From Podarcis filfolensis (taxonomy: Eukaryota), in the NCBI GenBank assembly GCA_964270895.1, contig OZ185436.1: 64,000 nucleotides of DNA. One strand, 5' to 3'. Positions 11,991 to 24,257 of the stretch are shown here, piece after piece; position 1 is the stretch's first letter, and the number at the start of each line of letters is the position of its first letter. A program made the translations under genes and the position numbers. The notes under the pieces were generated by a model that was given only the letters and a program-made list of their open reading frames with translations, did no database searches and was not told the DNA's origin.

Positions 11991-12601
11991 CTTCAGAAAG
12001 GAAAGGAGACTCGGTTATGGCATGTTCTCTTTCACAAACCATAGGTCACATTCAGAACAAAATTCATACCGGCTATCAATACAACAACATAGGGAGACTG
12101 TATGTACGAAATATGTACAGTTACTATTTCATTTTCCAAGCCAACCCCAGAGTTAACGCCCAAACTCAGTAGAACGGAGACTTGCCCCTGCAGCTCACTG
12201 GAACACACTCATTTTGAAACATTCAGGATTTTGCTCTGTGCCAATATTGCCATGAAAGGTGTGATTTTTTAGGGGGGGGATCAACAGAGAGCAATAGGTC
12301 ACATAATGCAACATGCAGGGTGAGGACTTTTTTTAAAGGTACTCTTTTTTATATAGGCCATTTTCATATTGCCTCACCATAATATTATTGTGCCATGTGA
12401 AGTCTAGAATGGAGAAGGTAGTTTAACATTTGGTTAACTGAAGGTCCAGTGCTCACTGATGCAAAACCTCTTTATTGTAGCTCAGTGTATTTCATAGTAG
12501 AACACTCCCTTCAGGAGCCTGGTCTTTCAAGTTCTTAAAATTCAAATGCACCTTCTTTAAAAGTCAATCAACTCAAGGAATGGCTTAGAAAAGTGGTAGA
12601 G

Positions 12602-12737
12602 CAGGCATAGGCAAACTCGGCCCTCCAGATGTTTTAGGACTACAACTCCCATCATCCTTAGCTAACAGGACCAGTGGTCAGGGAAGATGGGAGTTGTAGA
12701 CCCAAAACATCTGGAGGGCTGAGTTTGCCTATGCCTG
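12602..12737. mobile_element. hAT-like palindromic MITE
   Basis: Arms CAGGCATAGGCAAACTCGGCCCTCCAGATGTTTT / AAAACATCTGGAGGGCTGAGTTTGCCTATGCCTG; imperfect 8-bp TSD tggtagag/tagcagag. Confidence 0.85.
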
Positions 12738-13554
12738 TAGCAGAGCAAAATTTATCATCTCCACATCTATGTTCCAGGAAGTCATCAAATGGGATCTGGA
12801 ATGCTACATGATCGCCAACCTAAAATTCTGCATAACCCTCAGTGCATCCATTTTAAAAAATAAAGCATGCTTTGGATCCAACCCATGAGCAGACCTCTGT
12901 TCATGGAATGCTGTTTCCTGTTGTCCTGCCTCTCCACTTTACTCCTGGAACCCCAATTCCAAGGAAATACTGCAGGATGTAGCATAGGGGACTGCAGATG
13001 GGGAGTAGATGAAAATGGGAACTACCTTCCAAACTATTATCTCACTGTATCCAACCAACATTTTAGCAAGAGCAAACATCATACAGGAAGGTTTGGTGAA
13101 GGGTTTAGAACCAGAAGGATTCCTGCTTCCCCATGGTTAATAGGCGGAACTCAGGAAATCTTCAATGCCTTCCTTTTTTTTCTCCTTACCCCACATTTTG
13201 GGTATTGAACGGGACTTATCCAAATAAAGTCCTAGGTCAATGCTGACCTTTAAGCTCACAACTTCTTTTATTGCCAATACATGCAGAATTCTCGCTTCGA
13301 GTACTTGCCTTAAATGGGCTTTCTTTCCAAAGCAGAGAATGGCCAATTTCAATTTAACAGCGAGAACATATACATACACCCTTCTCCACCCAAAATTCTC
13401 AGGTTTGAACAAACTCAGAAGTTCTACACAAGACACAAAACAGTGATATCTGTCAATTCAGGTGTCTACTGACATCTTGACCTCCATTCCAGATACGTTT
13501 ATTCTGTACACGAGTTAAAAAAAAAAAAAAGCTCACGTTACTTAAGCTACTTAC

Positions 13555-13672
13555 TGTTTTCCAGGCCATTAACTTTAATTTTGCTTAGGTCAAGCGGAGC
13601 AGCAACACCTACAGTGAAAGGACTCCTAGGGATGGGATCACCACCATAGCTCACTTGAACATTCATGCTACC
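13555..13672 (-). CDS. FLNB: FLNB exon 19 (118 nt): [39 protein letters not shown]
   Basis: AG at 13673-13674, GT at 13553-13554; hand translation. Confidence 0.96.
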
Positions 13673-14310
13673 CTAGAGAGATTGGACAGATTGGAAAACG
13701 TAGTTTTTTATTTCAATATTTGCTACAAGCCAGAAACTACAGCAGCAGAGTCTGACATACAACTGCCCCCTAGTACTTCATCATGCATATCTTCAGACAC
13801 CAGGAAGCAAAGGCTTATTCCAAACCTCCAGAGTTCTACTTAAAATTGTTCGACAGTATATACAAGCAAAGTTGTAGAGGCAAATAAATAACTGGTAGGA
13901 GAAATCCCAATTGGTAGCGGAAGCAAGTTTTGTGCAGATGCAGCCTTGGCATGAAGCTTTTAGAAGTTCTGCATTTAAAGGCTAAAATACTACCATGTTT
14001 TTACTAGGATACCAAGATGCTCTGCCCTGTTACAGATGAAATTGTGCCCAGTCATGCCCTATAAGGACCCGTATTTTGCTAGCTTCACTCTTAAGCCTAC
14101 TGTGTTTCAAACTAATCTATTTTCTACAAATTTCAGCAAAATACAAGTTTTTGAACCAAGGATACTGTAAATCAGTTAATTACAGTTAATCTGCAAGGGC
14201 TTAATACTAGGCAAAACATCAGAAATAACATGACGACTACTCTGCAGGTAAAGGTTTCCTGTTTTATCCTTCTTATAGATGTGCAAAAATACTGTTGGGG
14301 TCCTCTACAG

Positions 14311-14975
14311 TTTTATTTTATTTCTATACTGCCCTATAGGGACGCAGGTGGCGCTGTAGTCTAAACCACTGAGCCTAGGGCTTGCCGATCAGAAGATCGG
14401 TGGTTTGAATCCCTGTGACGGGGTGAGCTCCCGTTGCTTGGTCCCAGCTCCTGCCAACCTAGCAGTTCAAAAGCACGTGAAAGTGCAAGTAGATAAATAG
14501 GTACTGCTCCAGCGGGAAGGTAAACGGCATTTCCATGCACTGCTCTGGTTCACCAGAAGCGGCTTAGTCATGCTGGCTACATGACCTGGAAGCTGTACGC
14601 CGGCTCTCTCGGCCAATAAAGCGAGATGAGCACCACAACCCCAGAGTCATTCACGACTGGACTTAACTGTCAGGGGTCCTTTGCCTTTTTATACTGCCCT
14701 ATACCTGAAGGTCTCAGGGCGGTTCACATTAAAAATCACTTACATAAAATCAAAACAAAAACCAGATTTCCCCCCCCCCCCGGAAAAGAGCCAGCATTTT
14801 AAAAAGGGTATAGGATGTCAGGTCAGGCAAAGGCCTGGTTAAAGAGGAATGTTTTTGTCTGGTGCCTAAAGATGTATAGTGAAGGTGCCTGGCGAGCTTC
14901 CCTGGGGAGAGCATTCCACAGACAGGAAGCCACTACAGAGAAGGCCCATTCTTGTGTTGCCACCCTCCTGACCTC
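14311..14975 (-). mobile_element. L2-type LINE 3' fragment, interrupted by the Sauria SINE
   Basis: ORF track peptide SVVASCLWNALPREARQAPSLYIFRHQTKTFLFNQAF (L2 RT C-terminus); 3' tail GTGAACCGCCCTGAG...TATAGGGCAGTATAGAAATAAA. Confidence 0.8.
14339..14689 (+). mobile_element. Sauria-type SINE, near full length
   Basis: Head GGGACGCAGGTGGCGCTG, body TAGATAAATAGGTAC, BovB-like tail CACGACTGGAC; 14-bp TSD TATACTGCCCTATA (14325-14338 and 14690-14703). Confidence 0.9.
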
Positions 14976-17150
14976 TACATGGATGTCTACACTGTGTATA
15001 ATGTGGATATGTACACTCCCAAGTCTGTAACTATCAAATTTATAATCTACAAATAAGAGATACAGGAAGGGCAAAAAAAAAACCTCCAGTAATGAAAATG
15101 TATGAAATCTTCAGTTGATAAAACCTTTGTGTATGGCAAAGGGTGGTTTTATATATCAACTCCAATAGTTTAAACCTAACAGACCAAGCCCATTCAAAAT
15201 CCAACATTCTCTATCTAAGGTGTTTCCAACATCAAAACAGGCCACCCATACGTTGGCTGCAACCTGCTTTCCCCATTTCCCATTCGTCCGTTACAGTCTG
15301 AGCTGCACCTATTAACACCACAAGACAGACGGTCTACTTCACTTTTGATTCTGTAAAACAGCTAAATTAGGTGCCAAGAAACGAAGCATTTGCTGCCTAG
15401 AAACTGCCATGCATTCGTCTGCAATGTTCCCATATGGGCACAAGATTAATGCATCCAGAATCTTCAGCCTCCCTTTGTTCATTTGCTGTAGAACACTAAT
15501 AAATTTGAAGGAACAGAGGCTGGCTATAGAGAGGAGACTTTGAAATTCAGATTTTTCAGTTAAGCTAGTTGGGCACGGGCCAGCAAAGCATAGCATGTTA
15601 ACTCCCTGTGACTAAGGTGCATATAATGCGGCAGTTCTGGAAATTAATCCCTTGGATAAGGCATTTAGGAATGGAAGTTACATTTTCACAGGGCCCGGAG
15701 CAGTTTAATGTTTGATAAGTAGTATTTGTCACTGCTATGTTTACAGACTGACAGAGCAAAAGAGCAGACTGCAATGTTTGCTTACTCCACCCCTTATTCA
15801 CTTTAACCAGCTCGCTCTCCCCTTCCCCCTCCAGAACCTCTATCAACGTTTGCTTCAAAAATGCAATGTACATATGGTGCAGTGTTCAAATATGGCAGTA
15901 TTTCTCAACAGTGCCACCACCTACTATAATTTTCAACCCCTGACAGAATGCTGGCATTCTGCCAGCGTTCAGTTTCCTGAGTTTATCTCCGCTTCCTTTA
16001 TCTAAGCTGGGAGCCCATGGGCCAAATATTCTACACTGTACCCAGAAAGCAGCATCACCTGTGAGTTAAGGTCCAGTGTAGTCTTCTCCTAAATGTGCTA
16101 GTTTATGACACACAACATGGATAACTTTAAAGGACGATGAGGCTATTCTTGGCCGCTAGCCACATTGGCTAGGTACTGCCTACACTGTCAAAGTCATCAT
16201 GCTTCTGAATACCAGTTGCTAGAAATCTGAATTGTGGAAAGTGCTGTTGTACTCAAGTCCCATTTGCAGCCACTGTGAGAACAGGATGTTGGACGAAACG
16301 GGCCTTTGGCCTGAACCAGCAGGGATGTTCTTGGGACATGCGGTGAACTTTTTATGTGAGGAAGCATTTACAAACAAGGCTCTATGCAAATGGGTAGAAA
16401 CCACAATTCTACAATTCTGTAAGGAATCAAGCGTAAAATGGCTTAGCTGTCATCTGTGTGTATCTTGGATTTGGTAAGCATAGGAAAAAATTAGTACTTT
16501 CTGAGGTGTAAGCAAGCCAGGAACAGTTAACTGGCCTCCAAAGAACACATTCAACAAGCGTCAGCCATATTTTGAAGACAGTCCCTCAAATGCACCCCAC
16601 CACTTGCAAGCTTGCTGCAAGTTGCTGAAAGATAGTACACAGCACCACTGTTTTCCGAAGTCATAAACTCCAGTTCTATTTACACCAGCCAGTGTCACGA
16701 GTGGCATGCCAAAGAGAAAGCTGGCATTGAAGTTTCTGCTACCAAGATCCAACTAAAACAAAAGCCTATAGAACCCAGCTACTCCAAATTATGGACACCT
16801 AAAAGTTGCACAAAATACCCAAAGGATCATCTCGGTATAAAAATGAACATGGCTTAGATGAAAGACCACCTGTATCAATGGACCAATACAGATGCCCGGC
16901 AGTGCAGAAACCAGGAAGGGATCATAAGAAGAGCAGGATTACACAGCAGTCACTATACTTAAACTACTAGTGGCAAAAATGAAAGTTGCAGCTGGTAACA
17001 TCATTTTGAACATAAAGTGATAGTTCAGCCAAACCATCCCTGGGAGAGGAGATCACGGTCTCCTCCTCTGGTCCTGCTGCTATCATGCTGCCTGGGGCTA
17101 AGCCATGAGACAGAAGAGATCACATTAATACCTCTTATAGGAAATCCTAC

Positions 17151-17320
17151 CTGCTGTACTGGAGTGTATCTTACGGTGTGTGAATAATCATAGTTGTCAA
17201 TTATGTCCAAATCTTTGACAGCATCTCCCGCCATCGGTCCACTGAACTGAACATCCAGAGGGGCTTTTCCAGCACCTTTTGTGAACACGGTGAAATGTGT
17301 TGGCTTCCCATTTTCCACAC
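17151..17320 (-). CDS. FLNB: FLNB exon 18 (170 nt): [56 protein letters not shown]
   Basis: AG at 17321-17322, GT at 17149-17150. Confidence 0.96.
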
Positions 17321-17787
17321 CTAAGTAGGAGAAAAAGTAGAATTTATCATCACCCCTTAAGGCATATTCAGAAAGAAGGTGTGCCATGCTTTCTTTTTCT
17401 TTTAACAGAATGAAGACGCCAGGCTAATACCAAACTGAACTCTTCATGATTAATTATTATTTTTATGTATCAATGGACTGATCTCTCCTAGATGCAGAAT
17501 TGTACAGGTGAGATCCAACAGTGTTCTAGTGGATTTCCCCTTCCTTTTCCTTCCCACTGCAGTCCCCTAAGGCTAAAGAACACATTTTGGATTTGGATAC
17601 ACGCAGGGAGCTGCGAAGGAGGAGAGGGAAAGGAATTCCCTTCTGCTTAAGTGGGAGTCCATTGCACAAGGAGTATGCGCAATCTGGGTATTGCTCTGTT
17701 TTAATATGAAGACAAAGGAAACAAGCAAACAGCTATCATGACAGCCCCCCAAACTTCCACACTCACCAAGTTAAGGTGAACTCTCAC

Positions 17788-17878
17788 CTGTTTTACTTAG
17801 TCCAGGCCCTTCAGCCTTCACCTTGCTTGCATCATGTGATGGTTCCACTTTCACTCTGAAAGGGCTTGTAGGGATTTC
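17788..17878 (-). CDS. FLNB: FLNB exon 17 (91 nt): [30 protein letters not shown]
   Basis: AG at 17879-17880, GT at 17786-17787. Confidence 0.96.
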
Positions 17879-18825
17879 CTTCAAGACAAAAAAATAAAAA
17901 TAAATAAAGCTTTGTTGCAATGTAAGTTTTCTTTTCAAGTAAGAAAATACAAAAGAACTAGCTCATGAGACACCCGGGGCATCTTTCCAAAATGTATATC
18001 TTCAAACATACACCCGACTATGAAGCTATTGATTTCCTTCTATTTACAAAGAGTACCAAAATAAAATCAACTTTTTGTGGCAGAGATCACCTTAAGTAAT
18101 CAACTCTGTGTGTACTCCAGAAACCCCAATATTAATCTAATCTTCTGCTCCAGAAGGTCAAAACGCAAATGCTTATCCTGCTTAGAGCACCTTTGGCCTA
18201 AATGCACATATCATGGAACATTTCAAGTGGTCATTCAAGCAAATGCCACAGCGCCATACAGAGAGGAAGTGATGCTTTGCATGGTACCTTTTCCGCCATC
18301 TGTTTAACAAGCATTCCTATTTCTTGGTGTGTGCCTTTTAGAAGTGCCCTAAATTTTTGTTTAACTGATGCTAAATGAGAAACTTGTAAGGACTCTTGTT
18401 TGGAATCAGTTCCGACTACAATCAGCCCTTGGCCACAGAGCAGGAGAACATCAAATTTATTATCCGTTTTTGTATTATCTGTTTCATTTCTAAAGAGCAA
18501 GCACTGAATTTCATTTTGCTCTTCAAATATTAGTGACAACTGCAAGGGAGTCAGAAACAACTGCAGAACATGAAATCAAGAGCCCATTAAGTGTTTTTTT
18601 ATCTGCTACAACCATCTCTATATATTATCAGATACGTTTTTATAATTGCTGTTCTTTGTCATAAACCACCCTGAGGACCTTCAGGTGTGAACCCTTGTGA
18701 GATGTAAACAGAGCTTAAAAATAAATCAGTCATACAATAATGTCATACATACAGAAGCTTCAGCTAACCAGAGAGCAATATAAAATGGCATCTCAACTCC
18801 CCCCTCCACCATCTTAACTGCATAC

Positions 18826-18986
18826 CTCTCCAGCAAACAGCACTTTGACAGTGTAGCGCCCAGCTGCAGGGGGTGTGTATTTAACTGTGAATGTATCATT
18901 AGCATTATGTATGATGCCAAAGTCTATGTCCTGCTCTTCTTCACTCAATACGTGAGCATCACATTTAATGCCCACACTGACATCAC
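18826..18986 (-). CDS. FLNB: FLNB exon 16 (161 nt): [53 protein letters not shown]
   Basis: AG at 18987-18988, GT at 18824-18825. Confidence 0.96.
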
Positions 18987-19337
18987 CTAGGAAGAAAACA
19001 AAAGTATCAATTTGTTAGTAAAATGACTTCACAATTGCTCCCTCGTATCAGTAGTTGTGGCTTAACGCCCAGTATGGAGAACCTTACGGCCTCCAGATGT
19101 TATTGAACGTCCAACTCCCAACTACCCCTGGCCATTGGTCATGTTTGCTAAAGCTGATAGGAGTTGCATTTTAGCAACATCTTGAGAGCCCATGGCTCCC
19201 CACTCCTGCTTAACATATTTACACAGGCGTAACAGCTTTGTCAGCCACTTCCATTAGCACATTTCTTTCTAGAACAGTTCCACTGGAACAGCAGCAAATA
19301 GAGCTTAGGTTAACGGTGTTAGTGATTCTGGTTTTAC

Positions 19338-19461
19338 CTTCTCCTGCCTCTGTGCAGTCTACTGTGAAGTGAGTAGGTTCATTGGCTTTCAGACCAGTTC
19401 TCTCCACCCCGGGTCCAATAACTTTCACCTTCTGGGGATGACTGCCTTGCCCAATCTGGAC
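19338..19461 (-). CDS. FLNB: FLNB exon 15 (124 nt): [41 protein letters not shown]
   Basis: AG at 19462-19463, GT at 19336-19337. Confidence 0.96.
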
Positions 19462-19764
19462 CTAGGGGGGAACATTTCATCAAATTAAAGGAGGAGCCAC
19501 TTTGATTACACAAGCCCTTCATTTATTACAACATTTGTATGCCACTCCACAAAAGGGAAGGCTTACAGTAAGTATTCGACAATGTGGAGACAAAATAAAA
19601 TCATGAACAGAGACCTAAATACAAGATAACAAAACCTGAGGCAACCCCAAAATAAAAAATGAATTTAAGAACTGAGAGGACCAGAAAACATGAGTATTTC
19701 TGAATCTGCTTTATTTTATGGTCATAACTTTTCCTAATCTCATTTACATCTTTAATGGTGCATT

Positions 19765-20040
19765 ATTAATTATTATTATTATTTCAATTTATATAAATTA
19801 TCAAAAGATCCTAGGACGGTGCACAACATTAAGAACACATTTCATAGAGCATAATTATAAAAACTTAATAAAAAGCATAATGACAAACAGCATAATAATA
19901 AAATAGTCATAACAACAGTTTTCCCCACCCAAGCTTTAACAGGCCATAGATTGTTTAATGGCCAAAGGCTTCGGTAAAGAGGAATATTTTTGCCTGGCAC
20001 ATAAAGATGTGCAACAATGGCACAAAGCGACTGAACTTTT
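19765..20040 (-). mobile_element. L2-type LINE 3' fragment
   Basis: Similar to 14790-14900 (AAAGGC.T.GGT.AAGAGGAAT.TTTTTG.CTGG..C.TAAAGATGT), with an (ATT)n tail. Confidence 0.65.
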
Positions 20041-20503
20041 GGTTGCAACAGCGGTGGAGAACATCCAAATCAGACCCACCAGGCTTCTCCATTTGGCCTA
20101 CAAGACCATTTTGGCCTAAACCACACAGACCTGCCCTATAGCCTCGTATGATGTCGAGGGTGCTTGGGGAATAGGGCTGAAACGGAATTTTCAGGCACTG
20201 CTCAGCAGCAAAACTCTGTTGGGTCTTGCAAGCACATTTTTCTTTTACAGAAACTGGTCACCTGGTATAAGTTGACTGACGGATGGGTGGCACCACCCAC
20301 TTGTCAAACTTGGCCTGCAAGCAGGTGAGGGAGATAAAGATCCAGCCTGCCAGATGGATCCAGTTTTCCACCTCTGGGCTTAGCGTAATACTACCAACTA
20401 AATGCCAGTTAACATAAGCAAGGGTTTGCGCATAAGACACGGTAAGACATGCTACAACTGGAGGATAAAGAACTACAGCTATTTAGCTGTTTTTAAAACT
20501 TAC

Positions 20504-20647
20504 CCTGTAAGGACTATTGGGCACATTAGCTCCTCCCCAAGTAAGAGCAAGTGTGTGCTTGATTGGTTTTGTTGGATTGTAAGAGCAGGCATAGATACCA
20601 TCCGGCTTGCTTTTCATTTGGATGTCAATAGGATTCCCTTCTGCATC
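20504..20647 (-). CDS. FLNB: FLNB exon 14 (144 nt): [48 protein letters not shown]
   Basis: AG at 20648-20649, GT at 20502-20503. Confidence 0.96.
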
Positions 20648-21429
20648 CTGTTAAAAAAAAGAAAAGGAAGAATGTAGATCCTCTTAAGAGGGGCGACATA
20701 CAGACCGACATGGTTTCGGAATCCTATCATTGCTGGTTTACCACAAATGATGGCGAGTCAAGAGTCTTTAGTGCAAGCTTACTGGTCAGCATTTAAGACT
20801 TCCATGCAGAACATCTTCCAATACCTTGTGGCACCGTATGTTCTAACGGTACATAGAATGTATAAACCTTTTGTAGGCAAGAACACAACACAGGTATAGA
20901 GGATGAAGAAGTGTTTTGTTTACCTTCTCATCTACAATACTGGTAAGTGATGGAAGCCCTTCCTGCTTTCTCTTCTCTGCCACCATGTAAAGAGCCATAA
21001 AACTTGCTCCACTTTAATCCTATAGGCTATAGCTAGATTTCACAGAGCAGGCAGATTGTAATATCAGCCACTCCCACTTAGGAACAAATTCACACTACGT
21101 ACCAGCAACCACCTGGGTAACATGGACAAGCTGACAAGACCAATAGTGCAATTCTTTCCTATCAAGGAATAAACCTGACTCTGCATCTTATAAGAACTTG
21201 GGCTCAGGGCATACTCACAGTCGCCAATATGGCAAGTGCCAGGACTAGGCTAATGGCCCATCAAGTCCAGCATTCTGTGATGCCTGTGGCCATATGGCAT
21301 CTTAAGTATTTCTGCCCGTCAGACTAATACCCTTAAGAAGAAAACTCCCAACTTCTGAACACAATTCCAAGGCTACAGTTCCAGATGACTTAGTGAGAAG
21401 CAAATGCAGCCTGGAACTCTGGACCTTAC

Positions 21430-21543
21430 CTGTGCATAGATCCTCAGAGGGGCACTCCCAGCTTCCTTTGTGTCAACTGTAAACTCTGCAGGGTTGTTCA
21501 CAATGCAGCCAGTCCGCTCCAGCCCTGGACCGTAAGCTTTTAC
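21430..21543 (-). CDS. FLNB: FLNB exon 13 (114 nt): [38 protein letters not shown]
   Basis: AG at 21544-21545, GT at 21428-21429. Confidence 0.96.
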
Positions 21544-21909
21544 CTAAGAAAGATCAGAAGAAACATAAGAGAATATGTCAACATATCTTTACAGGTTGTT
21601 AATAGCTCAGACTACAATGCCCAAAGTTTGTTCGAGTGAGATACCTGGATACACCTTGCATGTCACTGCTAAAATAAGTAGTTTTCCACTCGATGTTCTT
21701 GGGAACATCTCACAATGCAAAGCATACATGCACCAGTGCCTAAATTTGCACCGGTCCTCAATGGAAGGAGTTTCTCCTGTAATGAACTTCTAACCTTCGA
21801 CAGACTCATATCTGGTGTTGTCGTGAGTTTCCTTTAAATTGGGGCTAAATCCTGACCGTGAATACCATCTAGCACAGTTTATACAGAAGGCTGACAGATT
21901 AACAGCTTT

Positions 21910-21912
<3 letters not shown>

Positions 21913-21954
<42 letters not shown>
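21913..21954. repeat. (GA)21 microsatellite, (TC)n on the transcribed strand
   Basis: Direct reading. Confidence 0.98.
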
Positions 21955-21961
<7 letters not shown>

Positions 21962-21977
21962 CTCCTCAGATACTTGC

Positions 21978-22171
21978 CTTGTCAGAGTTGAAGCCTGGAG
22001 AAGCAGGCTGGATGAACGCCATGTAGGGGCTGTCTTTGATATCTTCGTCATCGCACATGATGTGAACGGCATATTCGCCAGGCTCTTTGGGCCAGTATTT
22101 CACATCGCACGAGCCATCGTTCTGATCATCACATTCAATTTTGGCTTGAGAGGGGCCTTCAATGGCAAAAC
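21978..22171 (-). CDS. FLNB: FLNB exon 12 (194 nt): [64 protein letters not shown]; GC donor
   Basis: AG at 22172-22173. Donor AAG|GCAAGT at 21976-21977 is the only nearby site that keeps frame with exon 13. Confidence 0.94.
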
Positions 22172-22420
22172 CTAAAAGAAGCAAACATGTTAGCAGTGCT
22201 GTTAAGAGGTGCCATGCTTTAGCTAGTAGGACTCAAAGACCTTGGGTTGCCTGTTCAAAACCATTTTTTAAATCCACAGCATTAGAGCCTGTTAAGCAGG
22301 TTTTGTTTGAGGTAACCCTTATGTGAACTGAAACCATCTATTGCAAAGCAAACCAGAAAACTCACTGCAGTTACTGTGCTTCAGGGGCCGTGTGCTGAAT
22401 TTCTCATCACTTATGTCAGA

Positions 22421-22585
22421 AGCCAGTTTAGTGTTGCGGTTAGAGTGCTGGACTGGGTGGCCTTGGGGCTACTCACAGTCTCTCAGCCTCACAGGGTTGT
22501 TGTGAAGTTAGAGTGGGGTGAAAGTGGGACAAAGAATAATGTGTGCCAACTTGAGCTTCTAGGAGGAAAAAATGGCTTATACTAA
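22421..22585 (+). mobile_element. Degenerate MIR-like SINE
   Basis: CTCAGCCTCACAGGGTTGTTGTGAAG core and an A-box-like head. Confidence 0.6.
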
Positions 22586-22930
22586 TTAATTTTAAAAGTC
22601 CATCCCCTTGGGTGTTATAGCACTGGGGCCTGGTGAAAGGCAGGGTTAATAATGAAGTTACCAGAGACATCATAACCTTCACAAAACCATGAGAAGCAAA
22701 GGCATCAGCCAACATTTACTGCCTGTCATGCTAAAACTGGGCGGAGGACAGTGTCATCATTGTTCTTGTCAGAAGTGGTATACAAACCAATTTCTTTTAA
22801 ATCCAATTGGATGTGGTTCCACACCCACTGCAATGTGATGTTGAGAGACTTCCTCCATGTGACGTTAGCTAGGCATCACGTAAATGCAATAACCATTTAG
22901 CAAAGCAGGGCAAGCCAGGCAAGTTCTTAC

Positions 22931-23067
22931 CTAAGGATCCAACTTCTGGGCCAATGGATTCTACCACAAAGTCGGCAGATTTACCAACAACGCCTTCATG
23001 AAGGCCGGGCCCCCAGGCTCTTACTTTCTGAGGACCAGGTTCAGGGCCTACTTGAACTTCAAATGGG
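22931..23067 (-). CDS. FLNB: FLNB exon 11 (137 nt): [45 protein letters not shown]
   Basis: AG at 23068-23069, GT at 22929-22930. Confidence 0.96.
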
Positions 23068-23776
23068 CTATGACAGAAACATCAGAAAGCAGGATTAGGA
23101 GCAATTAATATCAGATACTAAAGATGGGCTCAAGTAGAGCTACAGGGATGTAGCTAACTAGAAACATTGTCATCCTGCATTTTTGTAAGCGCCTCCTGGA
23201 TTGGATCCAGACTTCAAAAAAAACCTCTTCCTTTCTTTTCCATTTCTGCCACTGGAATCAGATCAGATAGACTGGGTAAGGACAGGAAGGATATGATGCA
23301 CCTGGGACTCTAGGAAAAGCTTGGGACTGAAAGCAGCAATGGTCACCACTATCCTTCCCTACACTGTCAACGATTCCAGTTACAGCCTGAATCCAGAACA
23401 AGGCAGAGCTTATTGTGCAATCACCTCTGTCCAGCTAAAAGACCGGGAGCTACAGATAGATGAAGCGGGAGCCTAACCTCTATGTGGTGCATCACTTGGA
23501 AAACAGACGGGGGCCAATGAAAGTTAAAATACGGCAGATATTCCAAAGGTTGCCTACATTAAAATTCCACTCTTTAGATAAAATCTGAATAATCTTGGTG
23601 CTACCGAATAGTAATCCGATACCTAGAAATACAGATGAAAGCTTGTGCCACAAGAGTTTGTCGGCCTTTAAGGTGCCACTGGATTTGGTTTTAATGCAGC
23701 AGACATAAGTCCACCTCTTCAGAAATTGAAATATACAATTTGTCCAAACAGGGTAGCACCCTTGTACTAGACACTA

Positions 23777-24008
23777 AAAGGTAAACGTACCCCTGACCGT
23801 TAGGTCCAGTCGCGGATGACTCTGGGGTTGCGTGCTCACCTCGCTCTATAGGCCAAGGGAGCCGGTGTTTGTCCACAGACAGCTTCCGGGTCATGTGGCC
23901 AGCATGACTAAGCTGTTTCTGGTGAACCAGAAGTGGTACCTATTTATCTACTTGCACTTGACATGCTTTTGAACTGCTAGGTGGGCAGGAGCTGGGACCG
24001 AACAACGG
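23777..24008 (-). mobile_element. Sauria-type SINE, 5'-truncated with an internal deletion
   Basis: Reverse-complement similarity to the copies at 14339 and 50916. Confidence 0.85.
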
Positions 24009-24130
24009 TACTGCCATCCGTTAATTTGCTCTGGGCAGATGTGGAAACTTAAGCAGTTCCAACGTGTTTGGTAGGGAATACACATCCATTGCTAAAAACA
24101 AACAAACCTGAAATGGATGTTCTAACTCAC

Positions 24131-24257
24131 CTTTTAGGGATGTTGTGGCCTCCCCATGAGATTGTCACAATGTATTTTCCTGGGGTTACTGGATAGTATT
24201 CAAAAGCATACACGCCATCCACATACTCCTTTTGTTTCACAAGTTCCTCCAGACCTT
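24131..24257 (-). CDS. FLNB: FLNB exon 10 (127 nt): [41 protein letters not shown]
   Basis: AG at 24258-24259, GT at 24129-24130. Confidence 0.96.

Noticed and set aside
13200-13440. Possible intronic polyadenylation site (sense AATAAA near 13268 with a nearby TGCATG) and a 99-aa ORF
   Set aside because: Single hexamers are expected by chance in AT-rich introns; there is no flanking exon structure or other support.
21972-21977. Alternative GT donor 4 nt downstream of the exon 12 GC donor
   Set aside because: It would give a 198-nt exon and break frame with exon 13; the GC site gives the correct phase.
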